Assembly: GCA_934130325.1 (NCBI GenBank)
Contig: CAKOYA010000004.1
Location: forward strand, 3,477-67,476
Length of the DNA: 64,000 nucleotides
Direction of reading: 5' to 3'
Source: an uncultured Clostridia bacterium
GTDB taxonomy: Bacteria; Bacillota; Clostridia; TANB77; CAG-465
Part shown: positions 1-12,846 of the stretch, piece after piece
How the letters are laid out: every line of letters starts with the position of its first letter
Numbering within the stretch: position 1 is the stretch's first letter
Notes under the pieces: generated by a model
What the model was told of the DNA's origin: nothing
Seen by the model: the letters and a program-made list of their open reading frames with translations, nothing else
The model's database searches: none
Program-made: the position numbers and the translations under genes

Positions 1-697
1 ATATAACAATTTTAAAAATATAGTATTTCCATTGCCTGTAAACAGTTTACTATTTGTTGGAAAAACGACTAGTAAAATTTTAGCTAAGATGAGAATAAAT
101 ACGATAGGTGAGTTAGCTAATACTAGAAAGGAAACTTTAGTAAAGAAATTAGGTAAATCAGGAGCTGTGTTGTATAATATTGCAAATGGTCTAGAGTGTG
201 AAGATGTAAAAAAATGGGATGACTTTGAAATGCCTAAAAGTTTTAGCAAGTGTCATACTTTTTCAAAAGATATTACTAAAAGAAATATATTAGAATACTC
301 ATTAAAGAAAATGACATATGAGATAATTAAAAGTATGCGAAAATATAATTTAAAATGTAGGGTAGTAGGAATAAGTTTAAAAAATGAAAAATTTATAAAA
401 ATTAATAGACAAAAACATATAAAAGCTTCAGATCTATATAGTGAAATTATATTAAATGTAACTGATTTATTTAATAAAAATTATGTAGAAGGAGAAAAAA
501 TAAGGTCACTTACTGTATTTATAAATGAATTAATAGATGAAAATGATGATAATCAATTAAACATGTTTGACATGTTTAATGAGAAAGAAAAATTAAAATT
601 AGAAAAAATTACCGGTGTAGTAGATAATCTTGAAAAAATTTATGGTAAGGGGAAAGTGACTTTTGCAAATATGTACAAAATAAATATGGAGAACTAA
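1..697 (+). CDS. dinB: DNA polymerase IV (Y-family, DinB-like), C-terminal part; the 5' end lies outside the window
   Basis: The frame is open from base 2, upstream of the TTG at 32. The translation PLPVNSLLFVGKTTSKILAKMRINTIGELA matches the conserved LPV..L.G.GK.T..KL helix-hairpin-helix region of DinB. The stop at 695-697 sits inside a hairpin. Confidence 0.75.
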   Translation, partial: YNNFKNIVFPLPVNSLLFVGKTTSKILAKMRINTIGELANTRKETLVKKLGKSGAVLYNIANGLECEDVKKWDDFEMPKSFSKCHTFSKDITKRNILEYSLKKMTYEIIKSMRKYNLKCRVVGISLKNEKFIKINRQKHIKASDLYSEIILNVTDLFNKNYVEGEKIRSLTVFINELIDENDDNQLNMFDMFNEKEKLKLEKITGVVDNLEKIYGKGKVTFANMYKINMEN

Positions 698-720
698 TTT
701 AAAGTTCTCCATTACTTTAT
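686..720. terminator. Bidirectional hairpin between convergent dinB and the oxidoreductase beta gene
   Basis: ATGGAGAAC (686-694) pairs with GTTCTCCAT (704-712), a perfect 9-bp stem flanked by AT/T-rich sequence. Confidence 0.6.
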
Positions 721-725
721 TAAAT

Positions 726-1706
726 TTACTTGAGTAGATTATTAGTAGCATTTTCCATCATTAAAAGATAATTCCATTTTTTATCAATTTCTTTTTGTAA
801 ATCTTCAATTAAATATTTATTTTCTTCTTTAAAAAGATGCCTAAATCTTTTTTGGATTTTCAAAAATTCTTCAACAGGTATTTTTTTGACTGGTTTGTAG
901 TTTATTTTGTATATTCCATTTTCGATTTCATAAAGAGGCCAAAAACAGCTATCTACAGCAAGTTTTGATATATAGCTTAATTCTTCTGGTGGATATCCCC
1001 ATCCTCTAGGACATGGAGAAAATGCTGAAATATATGATGGACCTTCTGTGTAAATTGCCTTTTGAGCTTTCTCATGTATATCTTTTAAATTACCGTATAA
1101 GGCTGTTTGAGCAACGTATGGTAAATTATGTTTTGCCATAATTTCAGTTAAGTCTTTTCTTTGTTGTAACTTTCCATTTTGGCATTTGCCTGCAGGTGAA
1201 GTAGTTGTATCTGCAAAATGTGGTGTAGATGACGATCTTTGAGTTCCAGTATTCATATATGCCCCGTTATCGTAACATACATAAGTAATATTATGTCCTC
1301 TTTCCATAGCACCTGATAGAGATTGAAGACCAATGTCTAAAGTTCCTCCGTCTCCTCCGAATGCTATAAATTTTGTTGTTTTATCTTTTGATAATTTTCC
1401 TTGCTTTTTTAGTGAATTGTATGCAGTTTCGACTCCAGATAAAGTGGCAGATGCACATTCGAATGCAGAGTGTATAAATGATACATTTTTCCAAGATGTA
1501 TATGGATATATGCAAGTTGAAACTTCTAAGCAACCTGTAGCTGCTGAAACTACAGCATTATCATTTTCATCTAATCCCCTAAGAATAGCATTTACTATAA
1601 TTGGTGCACCACACCCTGCACACATTCTATGTCCACTAACTAATCTATTTTGCTTTTTTACTATTTCTTTTAAACTATATGCCATTTTCTTCACCATCAC
1701 TTTCAA
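726..1706 (-). CDS. porB: 2-oxoacid (pyruvate/2-ketoisovalerate):ferredoxin oxidoreductase, beta (TPP-binding) subunit
   Basis: CAGCGA near the N-terminus and the GGDGG.LDIG TPP-binding motif are present, and it is the last gene of a gamma-delta-alpha-beta operon. An alternative start is the ATG at 1685 (MAYSLKEI). Confidence 0.85.
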   Translation of the reverse strand: MKVMVKKMAYSLKEIVKKQNRLVSGHRMCAGCGAPIIVNAILRGLDENDNAVVSAATGCLEVSTCIYPYTSWKNVSFIHSAFECASATLSGVETAYNSLKKQGKLSKDKTTKFIAFGGDGGTLDIGLQSLSGAMERGHNITYVCYDNGAYMNTGTQRSSSTPHFADTTTSPAGKCQNGKLQQRKDLTEIMAKHNLPYVAQTALYGNLKDIHEKAQKAIYTEGPSYISAFSPCPRGWGYPPEELSYISKLAVDSCFWPLYEIENGIYKINYKPVKKIPVEEFLKIQKRFRHLFKEENKYLIEDLQKEIDKKWNYLLMMENATNNLLK

Positions 1707-2871
1707 TTCCTAAATAGTAAGTTATTTTTTCTATATTACCAGTTTTTGAAATTTTATTTAAATTTTTGAAAACTTGTAATATATCTTCTTCTTTAACGTC
1801 ATACCCACCAAGTCCATAAATATAATTTACTGTATTTATATGGATATTTTGTGAATACATAGCAGATGTTATTTCAGAAAATAGAGGACCACAAAATCCG
1901 TTTACACTGTCTGATTTATCAAGAATTGCTAGTGCTTTTAAGTTTCTTAGCTCATTTGGAATTTCTGTATAAGGGAGAGGTCTGAAAGCTCTAGGTTTTA
2001 GTAGTCCAGCTTTTATATTTTTTTCTCTTAGTTTGTCAATTACATCCTTTGCAGTACCTGCAGTTGAGTTTAATACTACTATTCCAATTTCTGCATCATC
2101 TAATTTATATTTTTCATAAAGACCATATTTTCTTCCAGTTAATTTTGCAAATTCATTTGAAACTTTAGAGATGATTTCCTTTGAATCTTTCATAGCATCT
2201 GCAATTTCTTTTCTATGTTCAAAATAGTACTTTTGTAAATCTAATGGTCCCATAGAAATATTTTTTGATTCATCTAGTAGATATTCATTTGGTTGATATT
2301 TTCCTATAAATGATTGTACTTCATCTGTTTCAAGTAATGTAATATTTTCTACAGAATGTGAAGTTATAAATCCATCATAGCATACCATAACCGGTAATTT
2401 TGACATTTCAGCTATTTTTACAGCCATAATTACGTTATCATAAGCTTCTTGGTTATTTTCGGAGTAAAGTTGAATAAATCCACAATCTCTTACACCCATT
2501 GAATCAGAATGATCGTTATGAATGTTAATTGGAGCAGAAAGTGCTCTATTTGCGCATACAAGTACTAAAGGTAATCTAAGACCTGAAGCTACATATAACA
2601 TTTCAAACATAAGTGCTAAACCTTGTGATGAAGTTGCACTCATGACTCTACTTCCTGCAGCTGAGGCACCAATACATGCTGAAATTGCACTATGTTCACT
2701 TTCAACAGGAATAAATTCAGTATCAACACTTCCGTTAGCTACAAAGTTTGAAAAATATTGAGGAATTTCTGTTGATGGTGTTATGGGGTAAGCAGCAACT
2801 ACATCTGGATTAATTTGTTTCATAGCTGTGGCAACAGCTTCATTTCCACTTAATCGTTCTCTAATAGACAT
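1675..2871 (-). CDS. porA: 2-oxoacid:ferredoxin oxidoreductase, alpha subunit
   Basis: 398 aa. The N-terminus (LSGNEAVA.A....PDVVAAYPITPSTEI) is typical of POR/VOR alpha subunits. Its end overlaps the beta start. Confidence 0.85.
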   Translation of the reverse strand: MSIRERLSGNEAVATAMKQINPDVVAAYPITPSTEIPQYFSNFVANGSVDTEFIPVESEHSAISACIGASAAGSRVMSATSSQGLALMFEMLYVASGLRLPLVLVCANRALSAPINIHNDHSDSMGVRDCGFIQLYSENNQEAYDNVIMAVKIAEMSKLPVMVCYDGFITSHSVENITLLETDEVQSFIGKYQPNEYLLDESKNISMGPLDLQKYYFEHRKEIADAMKDSKEIISKVSNEFAKLTGRKYGLYEKYKLDDAEIGIVVLNSTAGTAKDVIDKLREKNIKAGLLKPRAFRPLPYTEIPNELRNLKALAILDKSDSVNGFCGPLFSEITSAMYSQNIHINTVNYIYGLGGYDVKEEDILQVFKNLNKISKTGNIEKITYYLGIESDGEENGI

Positions 2872-2886
2872 TGAAAAAACTCCTTT

Positions 2887-3150
2887 CTAATTATTATCTA
2901 TTTCTTTCATTTCAATTGCTTTAAATGGGCATACTTTTGAACATATTCCACATCCTTTGCAATAATCAAGATCTATTTTAGTTAATATTCCATTTTCTTG
3001 TTTTATACAGCTATCAGGGCAATATGGAACACACATCATACAATTTTTACATTTTTCTTTGCTATGTGATGGATATCTTGATTTCCATGTTCCAGTTTTA
3101 AATTCTATAGAATTTCCATCTTTTAAAATATTACTTCCTTTTTTTTTCAT
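2887..3150 (-). CDS. porD: 2-oxoacid:ferredoxin oxidoreductase, delta subunit (2x[4Fe-4S] ferredoxin)
   Basis: 87 aa with two Cys clusters, CKNCMMCVPYCP and CKGCGICSKVCP. There is a 4-nt ATGA overlap with the gamma gene. Confidence 0.85.
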   Translation of the reverse strand: MKKKGSNILKDGNSIEFKTGTWKSRYPSHSKEKCKNCMMCVPYCPDSCIKQENGILTKIDLDYCKGCGICSKVCPFKAIEMKEIDNN

Positions 3151-3722
3151 AGTGAACCTCCTTGCACTTCATCAAAACCTCTTTTTACTGCTTCCATGTT
3201 GGGAGCAATAACCTCAGGTTTTCTAGAAAATTTGTGTTTGAAAGCACTTTCCATTTCTTTTAGTAAATCTTCCTTTGACATTATTTTAGCAATATTTACA
3301 ATTGCTGCAAGAAGAGCTGTATTTGGGTAATTTGCTTTTAATAGTTCTCTACTTATTTTTGAAGCATCAATTGTATATATTTTTCCGTTATATCCATTTA
3401 GTTTTTTCCTAATATAATTTACGTCTTTACTTGTGTTAATAAGTATAGCACCATTTTCCTTAAGTCCTTCTAATACATTTACTCCATCTATTAAAGAGTC
3501 ATCAACTATTACTACAAAATCTGGTTTATAAATATTTGAATGTATTCTAATAGGTGATTTACTTATTCTGTTATAAGCAGTAATTGGTGCCCCCATTCTC
3601 TCAGGTCCATATTCTGGAAATCCTTGAATATAATTGCCAGTATTAAAGGCAGCATCTGCAAGAAGCAATGAAGCAGTTTTGGCTCCTTGACCACCCCTTC
3701 CATGCCATCTAATTTCTATCAT
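3147..3722 (-). CDS. porG: 2-oxoacid:ferredoxin oxidoreductase, gamma subunit
   Basis: 191 aa. IRWHGRGGQGAKTAS is the hallmark N-terminus of POR gamma subunits. A GGAGG RBS lies upstream. Confidence 0.85.
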   Translation of the reverse strand: MIEIRWHGRGGQGAKTASLLLADAAFNTGNYIQGFPEYGPERMGAPITAYNRISKSPIRIHSNIYKPDFVVIVDDSLIDGVNVLEGLKENGAILINTSKDVNYIRKKLNGYNGKIYTIDASKISRELLKANYPNTALLAAIVNIAKIMSKEDLLKEMESAFKHKFSRKPEVIAPNMEAVKRGFDEVQGGSL

Positions 3723-3838
3723 ACAATACCTCCTCCTTCTTCTTAAGTATAATATGTAAAAATATATACAAATAGTATATATCTAAATAATTTAATAGTC
3801 AATTATTCTAGTTATTTTCCTTTATTTTTTGAAAAATG

Positions 3839-3867
3839 TTGCACAGATATAAATTATGTAGTATAAT
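3839..3867 (+). promoter_or_regulatory. Sigma-A-type promoter for the 3959 gene
   Basis: TTGCAC (3839-3844), a 17-nt spacer, then TATAAT (3862-3867). Confidence 0.5.
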
Positions 3868-3958
3868 ATTTATAGTGTAGTAAAGACTACAAGTGCAGGA
3901 GTTTTATTAGTTCTTAAAAAAGTTAAATTTCAAAATTAAAATTTAAGGAGTGTTTATA

Positions 3959-4984
3959 GTGATAAGTGATAAAGAAGTAAAAACAGTAGTTTCACCTTTT
4001 GCAGTAAGGGAAAATGAAGTAAAAGTTTTTGATGGTAAGGATGGTTTTGCATCAATTAATCAAGTAGTATTTAAGATGGATATGGGATATATAAACGAGT
4101 ATCATATTAAAGCATTAGAAGTGGTAAATGAGTTTGGATTTATAACTTCAAGGCAGGTTACTCAGGTTCTTGATTTAAGAGGAAAGTTAAGTGATATAGA
4201 ACAGGATAAAAAGCAAAATAAAGTTGCAAAATGGTTAGAAGACTTGACAAAATCTAAAGTAATAGCTCGTTATTATTTTCAAAGCGAAGCAGGAAAGAGT
4301 TCGTATAGAGCATATGCTATGGATAAGATTGCAACATATATATTAAAACAAAGAAATATACCTACAACATGGCAACCTACTGATAATACAAAACCAGCAT
4401 ACGCTGTAAAAAGAAAATTAGCAGGAAATCAAGTTGTAATTGCGTATATGCAAAAAGTAGCAGCTTTTTGTTCTGTTGAACCAAACGTATTGCTGTTTTC
4501 AAAAAAATATAATGTAAAGTTTAAACCTACTGGCGGAATGGTTACTCTAAAAAATGGTACAGATGATTTAAATTTTGTATTTGAAGTTGTAAGAAGAAAT
4601 GAAGATTGGCAAAATATGTTTGCTGAAAAAGTTCAGTTATATTCTGATTTCTTTGAAAATTTTGCTCGTAATGATGCAGGATTTTATGATAAGCCGCAGT
4701 TAGTGTTTGTAGGTGAAGATGTACAACACATGGCGGAAATGTTTAGAATTATAAAAAAAGTAAGTGGTGTTTTAAAAGATGAAGAAATGTATTTCACCAC
4801 AGAATTGAAGCATTTGGAAGAAAATTTAGAAAATACAATAAGTGTATTTGAACTAGATCCTGAAAGTAGAAAATATAAATTAGTAAATAAAACTTTGGAT
4901 ATTTTAAAACCTGGTGAAAATAAGAACGGAAATGATTCTTTAAACTTAGATATGAAATTTAATTCTAATATGATTATAGAATAA
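3959..4984 (+). CDS. Hypothetical protein with a probable N-terminal winged-HTH (weakly replication-relaxation-like)
   Basis: The ORF is 3950-4984. GTG 3959 has better spacing (8 nt) from AAGGAG at 3945-3950. The segment YHIKALEVVNEFGFITSRQVTQVLDL looks like a wHTH recognition unit. No catalytic motif was recognised. Confidence 0.4.
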   Translation: MISDKEVKTVVSPFAVRENEVKVFDGKDGFASINQVVFKMDMGYINEYHIKALEVVNEFGFITSRQVTQVLDLRGKLSDIEQDKKQNKVAKWLEDLTKSKVIARYYFQSEAGKSSYRAYAMDKIATYILKQRNIPTTWQPTDNTKPAYAVKRKLAGNQVVIAYMQKVAAFCSVEPNVLLFSKKYNVKFKPTGGMVTLKNGTDDLNFVFEVVRRNEDWQNMFAEKVQLYSDFFENFARNDAGFYDKPQLVFVGEDVQHMAEMFRIIKKVSGVLKDEEMYFTTELKHLEENLENTISVFELDPESRKYKLVNKTLDILKPGENKNGNDSLNLDMKFNSNMIIE

Positions 4985-5048
4985 AGAGGGAAATACTTCC
5001 CACTTTATTTTTTTATTATGAAAAAAATGATTTTTTTTGTCTAAATTA

Positions 5049-6116
<1,068 letters not shown>

Positions 6117-6173
6117 GGAGGATAGGCTGGCTATAGTAGTCAGCTTATTTGTTTTAATATGGAGGAAAGATAT

Positions 6174-7352
6174 ATGTTAAATAAAAAAAGTGTTGAAGAT
6201 GTGGACATAAGGGGAAAAAGGGTTTTAGTAAGGTGTGATTTTAATGTTCCACTTGATAGTAAAACAGGTGAAATAACAAGTGATAAAAGGATAGTTGAGT
6301 CTTTGAAAACTATTAAATACCTGATTTCTAATAATTCGAAGATAGTATTATGTTCACATATTGGAAAAACTGGCCAAAATAAATCATTAGAACCTGTTTC
6401 AAGAAGACTTAGCGAACTATTAAATAAAGATGTAATATTTATTAAAGACATTTTTTCAAGTGAAGCAAAAGATATAGTTGATAAAATGAATGAAGGAGAA
6501 ATTGTACTTTTAGAGAATACCAGATTATTTGAAGAAGAAGAAAAAAATGATTTAGAATTTGCTAAGAAATTGTCTTCTTTTGGTGAAATTTTTGTAAATG
6601 ATGCCTTTGGATCGGCTCATAGGGCTCATGCTTCAACAGAAGGTGTTACGCATTTTTTACCATCTGTATGTGGATTTTTAATAAAAAAAGAAATTGAAGC
6701 TTTAGATGGCGGAATTAATAATCCTAAAAGACCATTAATTGCTATTGTAGGAGGAGCAAAGGTATCATCCAAAATAGACGTCTTAAATAGTTTGTTAGAT
6801 AAGGTAGATACATTGCTTATTGGTGGTGCAATGACTTATACTTTTATAAAAGCACAGGGAGGAAATATAGGTAATTCTTTATGTGAAGGTGATAAATTGC
6901 AAGTAGCAATGGATATTTTAAAAAAAGGATTAGAAAAAGATGTAAGAATATTGTTACCAGTAGATAATATTGTAGCAAATGAAATGTCTGATTTAGCAGA
7001 AACATTTATTACAAATGTAAATGAAATTCCAGATGGATATATGGGAGTAGATATTGGACCTAAAACACTTGAATTATATACTCAAGAAATTGAGGTGGCT
7101 AATACTATAGTGTGGAATGGACCTGTTGGTGTGTTTGAAATTGATAAATTTGCAAATGGAACAAAGAAAATTGCAGAAGCTATGGCAAAGTCAAATGCTG
7201 TTACAATAATTGGTGGAGGCGATAGTGCTGCAGCAGTTGAAAAATTTGGTCTAGAAGAAAAAATGTCACATGTTTCAACTGGTGGAGGTGCCTCTTTGGA
7301 ATTTATGGAAGGAAAAAAACTTCCTGGAATTGAGGCTTTAGAGGATAAATAA
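6174..7352 (+). CDS. pgk: Phosphoglycerate kinase
   Basis: RVDFNVP-type N-terminus (RCDFNVPLD) and the GGGDSAAAV and [10 protein letters not shown] motifs. The start was moved to ATG 6174, downstream of GGAGG at 6160-6164. Confidence 0.95.
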   Translation: MLNKKSVEDVDIRGKRVLVRCDFNVPLDSKTGEITSDKRIVESLKTIKYLISNNSKIVLCSHIGKTGQNKSLEPVSRRLSELLNKDVIFIKDIFSSEAKDIVDKMNEGEIVLLENTRLFEEEEKNDLEFAKKLSSFGEIFVNDAFGSAHRAHASTEGVTHFLPSVCGFLIKKEIEALDGGINNPKRPLIAIVGGAKVSSKIDVLNSLLDKVDTLLIGGAMTYTFIKAQGGNIGNSLCEGDKLQVAMDILKKGLEKDVRILLPVDNIVANEMSDLAETFITNVNEIPDGYMGVDIGPKTLELYTQEIEVANTIVWNGPVGVFEIDKFANGTKKIAEAMAKSNAVTIIGGGDSAAAVEKFGLEEKMSHVSTGGGASLEFMEGKKLPGIEALEDK

Positions 7353-7363
7353 TGGGGTAAAAT

Positions 7364-7918
7364 ATGAATAAGAAAGATAATAATATAGCAGAAAATAAAA
7401 AAGAAAATATTGAAAAGAAAAGCACAAAGAATAAAAAAATTATCATAAAAAACCAGAAAAAATTTTTGATATCTATATTGGTAATAGTATTAATTATAAT
7501 TATTATTGTACTTTTGATAAATAAGAATGCTAAAAAGGATCTATTAACTATTGAGGATTATTCTAGTATAGATGCTTCTAAGTACTCAAAAGAACTTTTG
7601 GAAAAATATAACACAAATGAGTCAAAAGAAAAATTTTTATCAGACTATGATTTGGTTCAAGGAGCTGTTGGACTATATATTATGAATAATTCAACACTTA
7701 ATAATAATTCTTTTGAAACTATTATCTCAAATATAGAAGAAATCTTACGAAAAAAGGAGTGGACTAAACTAGATATTGATACTCCAAGTTATTGGAATGG
7801 AACATGGTCCATAACTAGTGAAGGAATTGTAAAATTTAAATTTAGTGATAAGGTTATAGAACCAAGTTGGAAAAATGATGAAGAACTTACAAATAAGCTT
7901 GTTTTTAATGATGATTAA
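7364..7918 (+). CDS. Hypothetical membrane-anchored protein (Lys-rich N-terminus, one TM helix, extracytoplasmic domain)
   Basis: 184-aa ORF lying 12 nt after the pgk stop. The TM segment is [19 protein letters not shown]. No recognisable family. Confidence 0.55.
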   Translation: MNKKDNNIAENKKENIEKKSTKNKKIIIKNQKKFLISILVIVLIIIIIVLLINKNAKKDLLTIEDYSSIDASKYSKELLEKYNTNESKEKFLSDYDLVQGAVGLYIMNNSTLNNNSFETIISNIEEILRKKEWTKLDIDTPSYWNGTWSITSEGIVKFKFSDKVIEPSWKNDEELTNKLVFNDD

Positions 7919-7959
7919 ACATTTATAGAATTTTTTAAAATAATATAAGGAGGTTTTTT

Positions 7960-8709
7960 ATGAGAAAAAAAATAATAGCTGGAAATTGGAAAATGAATTA
8001 TACTTTAACTGAAGCTGATAATTTTGTAAATGAAATTAAGGATAGAATTAATACAAATGAGATTGATGTGATAATTTGCCCAAATAATATATGTCTTGAA
8101 AGAGTATCTGATATAATAGAGGGTACGCATATATACTTAGGAGCACAAAACGTTTATTATGAAGAAAAAGGAGCATATACTGGAGAAGTGAGTGCAGATA
8201 TGTTATTATCTGTAGGTGTTAAGTATTGTATAATAGGTCATAGTGAAAGAAGAAAATATTTTCATGAAACAGATGAAAGTATTAACAAAAAAGTAAAAAA
8301 ATTATTGGAAAAGAATATTACTCCAATAATTTGTGTAGGTGAAACATTAGAAGAAAGAAAAAGTGGAGAACTTTATAATGTGATTTCAAAGCAGATAAAT
8401 GGAGCTCTTAAAGATGTTAGCCAAGCAGATGTAATGAAAAATATCGTCATTGCTTATGAACCGATATGGGCAATAGGTACAGGAGTTACTGCTACATCAT
8501 CTCAAGCAGAAGAAATGTGTAAATTTATTAGAGATGAAATACAAAAATTATATAATGAGAAAACATCTGAAAGTCTTAGAATTCAATATGGTGGTAGTGT
8601 AAAACCAAATAATATTTCTGAAATATTGAGTATGGAAAATATTGATGGAGTTTTAGTTGGTGGTGCATCACTTACAAGTGATTTTGTCGCAATAGTAAAT
8701 TATGAATAA
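7960..8709 (+). CDS. tpiA: Triosephosphate isomerase
   Basis: AGNWKMN, GHSERR and AYEPIWAIGTG motifs. An AAGGAGG RBS is present. Confidence 0.97.
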   Translation: MRKKIIAGNWKMNYTLTEADNFVNEIKDRINTNEIDVIICPNNICLERVSDIIEGTHIYLGAQNVYYEEKGAYTGEVSADMLLSVGVKYCIIGHSERRKYFHETDESINKKVKKLLEKNITPIICVGETLEERKSGELYNVISKQINGALKDVSQADVMKNIVIAYEPIWAIGTGVTATSSQAEEMCKFIRDEIQKLYNEKTSESLRIQYGGSVKPNNISEILSMENIDGVLVGGASLTSDFVAIVNYE

Positions 8710-8730
8710 AAAGTAATAATTAGAAAATTC

Positions 8731-8796
8731 CAAGGGAAATTATAAAGGATTAACTTTTATTTATCCCTTGCTTATTTTATATAAAGGTGATATAAT
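8731..8796 (+). promoter_or_regulatory. Hairpin plus an extended -10 element between tpiA and gpmI
   Basis: CAAGGGA (8731-8737) pairs with TCCCTTG (8764-8770). TGATATAAT (8788-8796) fits the TGnTATAAT extended -10 pattern. Confidence 0.4.
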
Positions 8797-8835
8797 TATT
8801 ATGCTGTTATACAGTGGAAAGAGATGGTAAACGAT

Positions 8836-10371
8836 ATGAAAAATAAACAATATATATTGATGATATTAGATGGTGTAGGTTTGAATGATGAGGAAAAGGG
8901 AAATGCTTTTAAACAGGCTAATACACCAAATATAGATAAATATATAGCAAAATATCCAAATACATATATAGAAACTAGTGGTATGGCCGTGGGTCTTCCA
9001 AGTGGACAAATGGGAAATTCTGAGGTTGGACACACAAATATTGGAGCTGGTAGAATAGTTTACCAAGAATTAACAAGAATTACAAAAGAAATCGAGGATA
9101 GGGAATTTTTTAATAATGAAGCTTTTAAAGAGGCTATAGAAAATGTAAAGAAAAATAACTCAACATTACACTTATTAGGACTTGTTTCTGATGGTGGTGT
9201 ACATAGTCATATAGACCATTTATACGCACTTTTAGAACTTGCAAAATTAAATAATATAGAAAATGTAGCTGTACATGCTATACTTGATGGTAGGGATACA
9301 TCTCCTACATCTGCAATTGAATATTTAAAGTCTTTAGAATTAAAAATGAAAGAAATCGGAGTAGGAAAAATAGTGACACTATCAGGTAGATACTATGCTA
9401 TGGATAGAGATAATAGATGGGAAAGAGTAAAATTAGCCTATGATGCTATGGTAGAAGGAAAAGGAAATTTCTTTAAAACTGTTCAAAAGGCTATTGAAAC
9501 TTCTTATGAAGCACAAGAATTTGATGAATTTGTAAAGCCAATTGTAATAGTAAATGATGATCAAGAACCAATATCTAAAATCCAAGATAATGATTCAGTT
9601 ATATATTTTAACTTTAGGCCTGATAGAGCAAGGGAACTTACTAGGGCATTAACAGAAAAAGAATTTAATGGTTTTGAAACTAAGCAAATATCTAATTTAT
9701 ATTTTGTAACGATGACTCAGTATGATGATAGTTTTAAAAATGTAAATATAGCATATAAACCTCAAATCTTAAAAAATACTTTTGGTGAATATATTTCAAA
9801 TCTTGGATATACTCAATTAAGACTTGCAGAAACTGAAAAATATGCACATGTAACATTTTTCTTTAATGGTGGTAGAGAAGAACCGTATACTGGGGAGAGT
9901 AGAGCTTTAGTAGCGTCTCCTAAAGTTGCAACATATGACTTAAAACCTGAGATGTCAGCTTATGAAATAACAGATAAGGCAATAGATGCAATAGAGTCTA
10001 AGAACTATGATGTTATTATTATGAATTTTGCTAATGGAGATATGGTAGGACATACTGGTAATTTAGAAAAGACTATTGAAGCTGTTGAAGCTGTTGATAA
10101 TTGCGTTGGAAAAATAATTTCAAAATTAGAAGAAGTAGGTGGAGAAGCTTTAATAACTGCTGATCATGGAAATTGTGAATACATGATAGATTTAAAGACA
10201 GGAGAGCCAATAACTTCTCATTCTACATTTGACGTTCCACTTATTGTTATATCTGATAGGGTAAAAAGTGTTGTAAATGGAAGATTATGTGATTTAGCAC
10301 CTACACTTTTAACATTAATGGGAGAGAAGATTCCAGAAGAAATGACTGGAAAAAATTTGGTTGAACTTTAA
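8836..10371 (+). CDS. gpmI: 2,3-bisphosphoglycerate-independent phosphoglycerate mutase
   Basis: ILDG.G N-terminus, MGNSEVGH with the catalytic Ser, and the DGRD and ADHGN motifs. The ORF could also start at 8824. Confidence 0.95.
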   Translation: MKNKQYILMILDGVGLNDEEKGNAFKQANTPNIDKYIAKYPNTYIETSGMAVGLPSGQMGNSEVGHTNIGAGRIVYQELTRITKEIEDREFFNNEAFKEAIENVKKNNSTLHLLGLVSDGGVHSHIDHLYALLELAKLNNIENVAVHAILDGRDTSPTSAIEYLKSLELKMKEIGVGKIVTLSGRYYAMDRDNRWERVKLAYDAMVEGKGNFFKTVQKAIETSYEAQEFDEFVKPIVIVNDDQEPISKIQDNDSVIYFNFRPDRARELTRALTEKEFNGFETKQISNLYFVTMTQYDDSFKNVNIAYKPQILKNTFGEYISNLGYTQLRLAETEKYAHVTFFFNGGREEPYTGESRALVASPKVATYDLKPEMSAYEITDKAIDAIESKNYDVIIMNFANGDMVGHTGNLEKTIEAVEAVDNCVGKIISKLEEVGGEALITADHGNCEYMIDLKTGEPITSHSTFDVPLIVISDRVKSVVNGRLCDLAPTLLTLMGEKIPEEMTGKNLVEL

Positions 10372-10398
10372 TTTTTCAATAATAAAGAGAGGTAGAAA

Positions 10399-11247
10399 AT
10401 GTCAGAATCAAAGACAAGAGAAGATTTTTCCACCGATTCGGAGTGGTATACATATGTTATAACTCATCCGGATGAATTTAACGAAAATTCTGAAGAAAAA
10501 GAAGTAAAAAAGGAGTATAAAAAAGGAATTTTTTTGTGTGAAAAATGTGGTTATATAATTGATGAAATGCAAAAAGATTTTGAAGTAAGTTTCAAAAACA
10601 AAATTAAGAGAGATGAAGATGGAAATATTTTAAACTGTCCTAATTGTGGAGGAAGAAATTTAAAGAGGATAACTAAGGATAAGAAGAATGAAATATTAAG
10701 AAAAAATGCTGACAAAAAAAATAAAGAAAAAAGAAAAAGAGAAGATATAGAAAGAGCAAATATAAAAGATGACTTAATGGATTTATTAGAAGACTTATCT
10801 ACAAGGTTATTAAATGATGAAATTTCTCCCAAAAGGCTAGTAGCAATTTTTATGTTTTTATCAAAGAAAATTATAGATAGAAATGCCAAAGAGTTAGAGA
10901 TTGATTGGATGCATTATAGAAAAGTACTTCTTTCAATGTGTGATAATGTTTTATCACAATATGATGTTAATCAGGATGCTGAAGAAATTTTACAGTACTT
11001 AGACGAAGATATTGAACAGGATGCGTTATATTTGGCTGAGTTAAAGTATTATATAAATGATGATAAATTTTCAATTTCAGATTATGAAATGCAAGAAAGA
11101 ATAAAAGAGTATGAAACACAAGAAAATAATTTGTTTAAAAAAGAAAGAGAAAAAGAATTAGAGGAGAATTATCAAAAAAGAAGGAAAGAACTAGAAGAAA
11201 AAGCAAACTATAGATATCAAAGAAGATTAGAAAGAAGTATAAGTTAA
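10399..11247 (+). CDS. Hypothetical zinc-ribbon / coiled-coil protein
   Basis: 282 aa. CEKCGY...NCPNCGG forms a C4 zinc ribbon, followed by K/E-rich predicted coiled coils. An AGAGAGG RBS is present. No recognisable family. Confidence 0.55.
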   Translation: MSESKTREDFSTDSEWYTYVITHPDEFNENSEEKEVKKEYKKGIFLCEKCGYIIDEMQKDFEVSFKNKIKRDEDGNILNCPNCGGRNLKRITKDKKNEILRKNADKKNKEKRKREDIERANIKDDLMDLLEDLSTRLLNDEISPKRLVAIFMFLSKKIIDRNAKELEIDWMHYRKVLLSMCDNVLSQYDVNQDAEEILQYLDEDIEQDALYLAELKYYINDDKFSISDYEMQERIKEYETQENNLFKKEREKELEENYQKRRKELEEKANYRYQRRLERSIS

Positions 11248-11375
11248 AAAGGATATAAAAAGTAAGAATATGAATAAAACAATGATAGAAGTTGTAAAAT
11301 AAATCGTTATTATCTACTGATTTTGTGAAATGCAAATTTTAAGTAGTTAATATATAATAAAAATAATATCGTTAA

Positions 11376-12701
<1,326 letters not shown>

Positions 12702-12717
12702 TTAGAATGTAAATTGG

Positions 12718-12750
12718 GTGCTATAGGTGATTTGACTTATAGCACTTTTG
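12718..12750 (+). terminator. Rho-independent terminator after eno
   Basis: GTGCTATA (12718-12725) pairs with TATAGCAC (12738-12745), followed by TTTT. Confidence 0.6.
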
Positions 12751-12846
12751 TCAATTTAATATATTAATTATTATATATTAAATATTGATTTTTAAGTTCT
12801 TTTGTTGTAGAATTACAGGTATATAAAATGAAGTGGAGGAGTAAAA

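Noticed and set aside
1333-1713. 126-aa plus-strand ORF inside the oxidoreductase beta gene, and 2522-2761 inside the alpha gene
   Set aside because: Both are antisense to conserved TPP-enzyme genes with clear motifs, so they are shadow ORFs.
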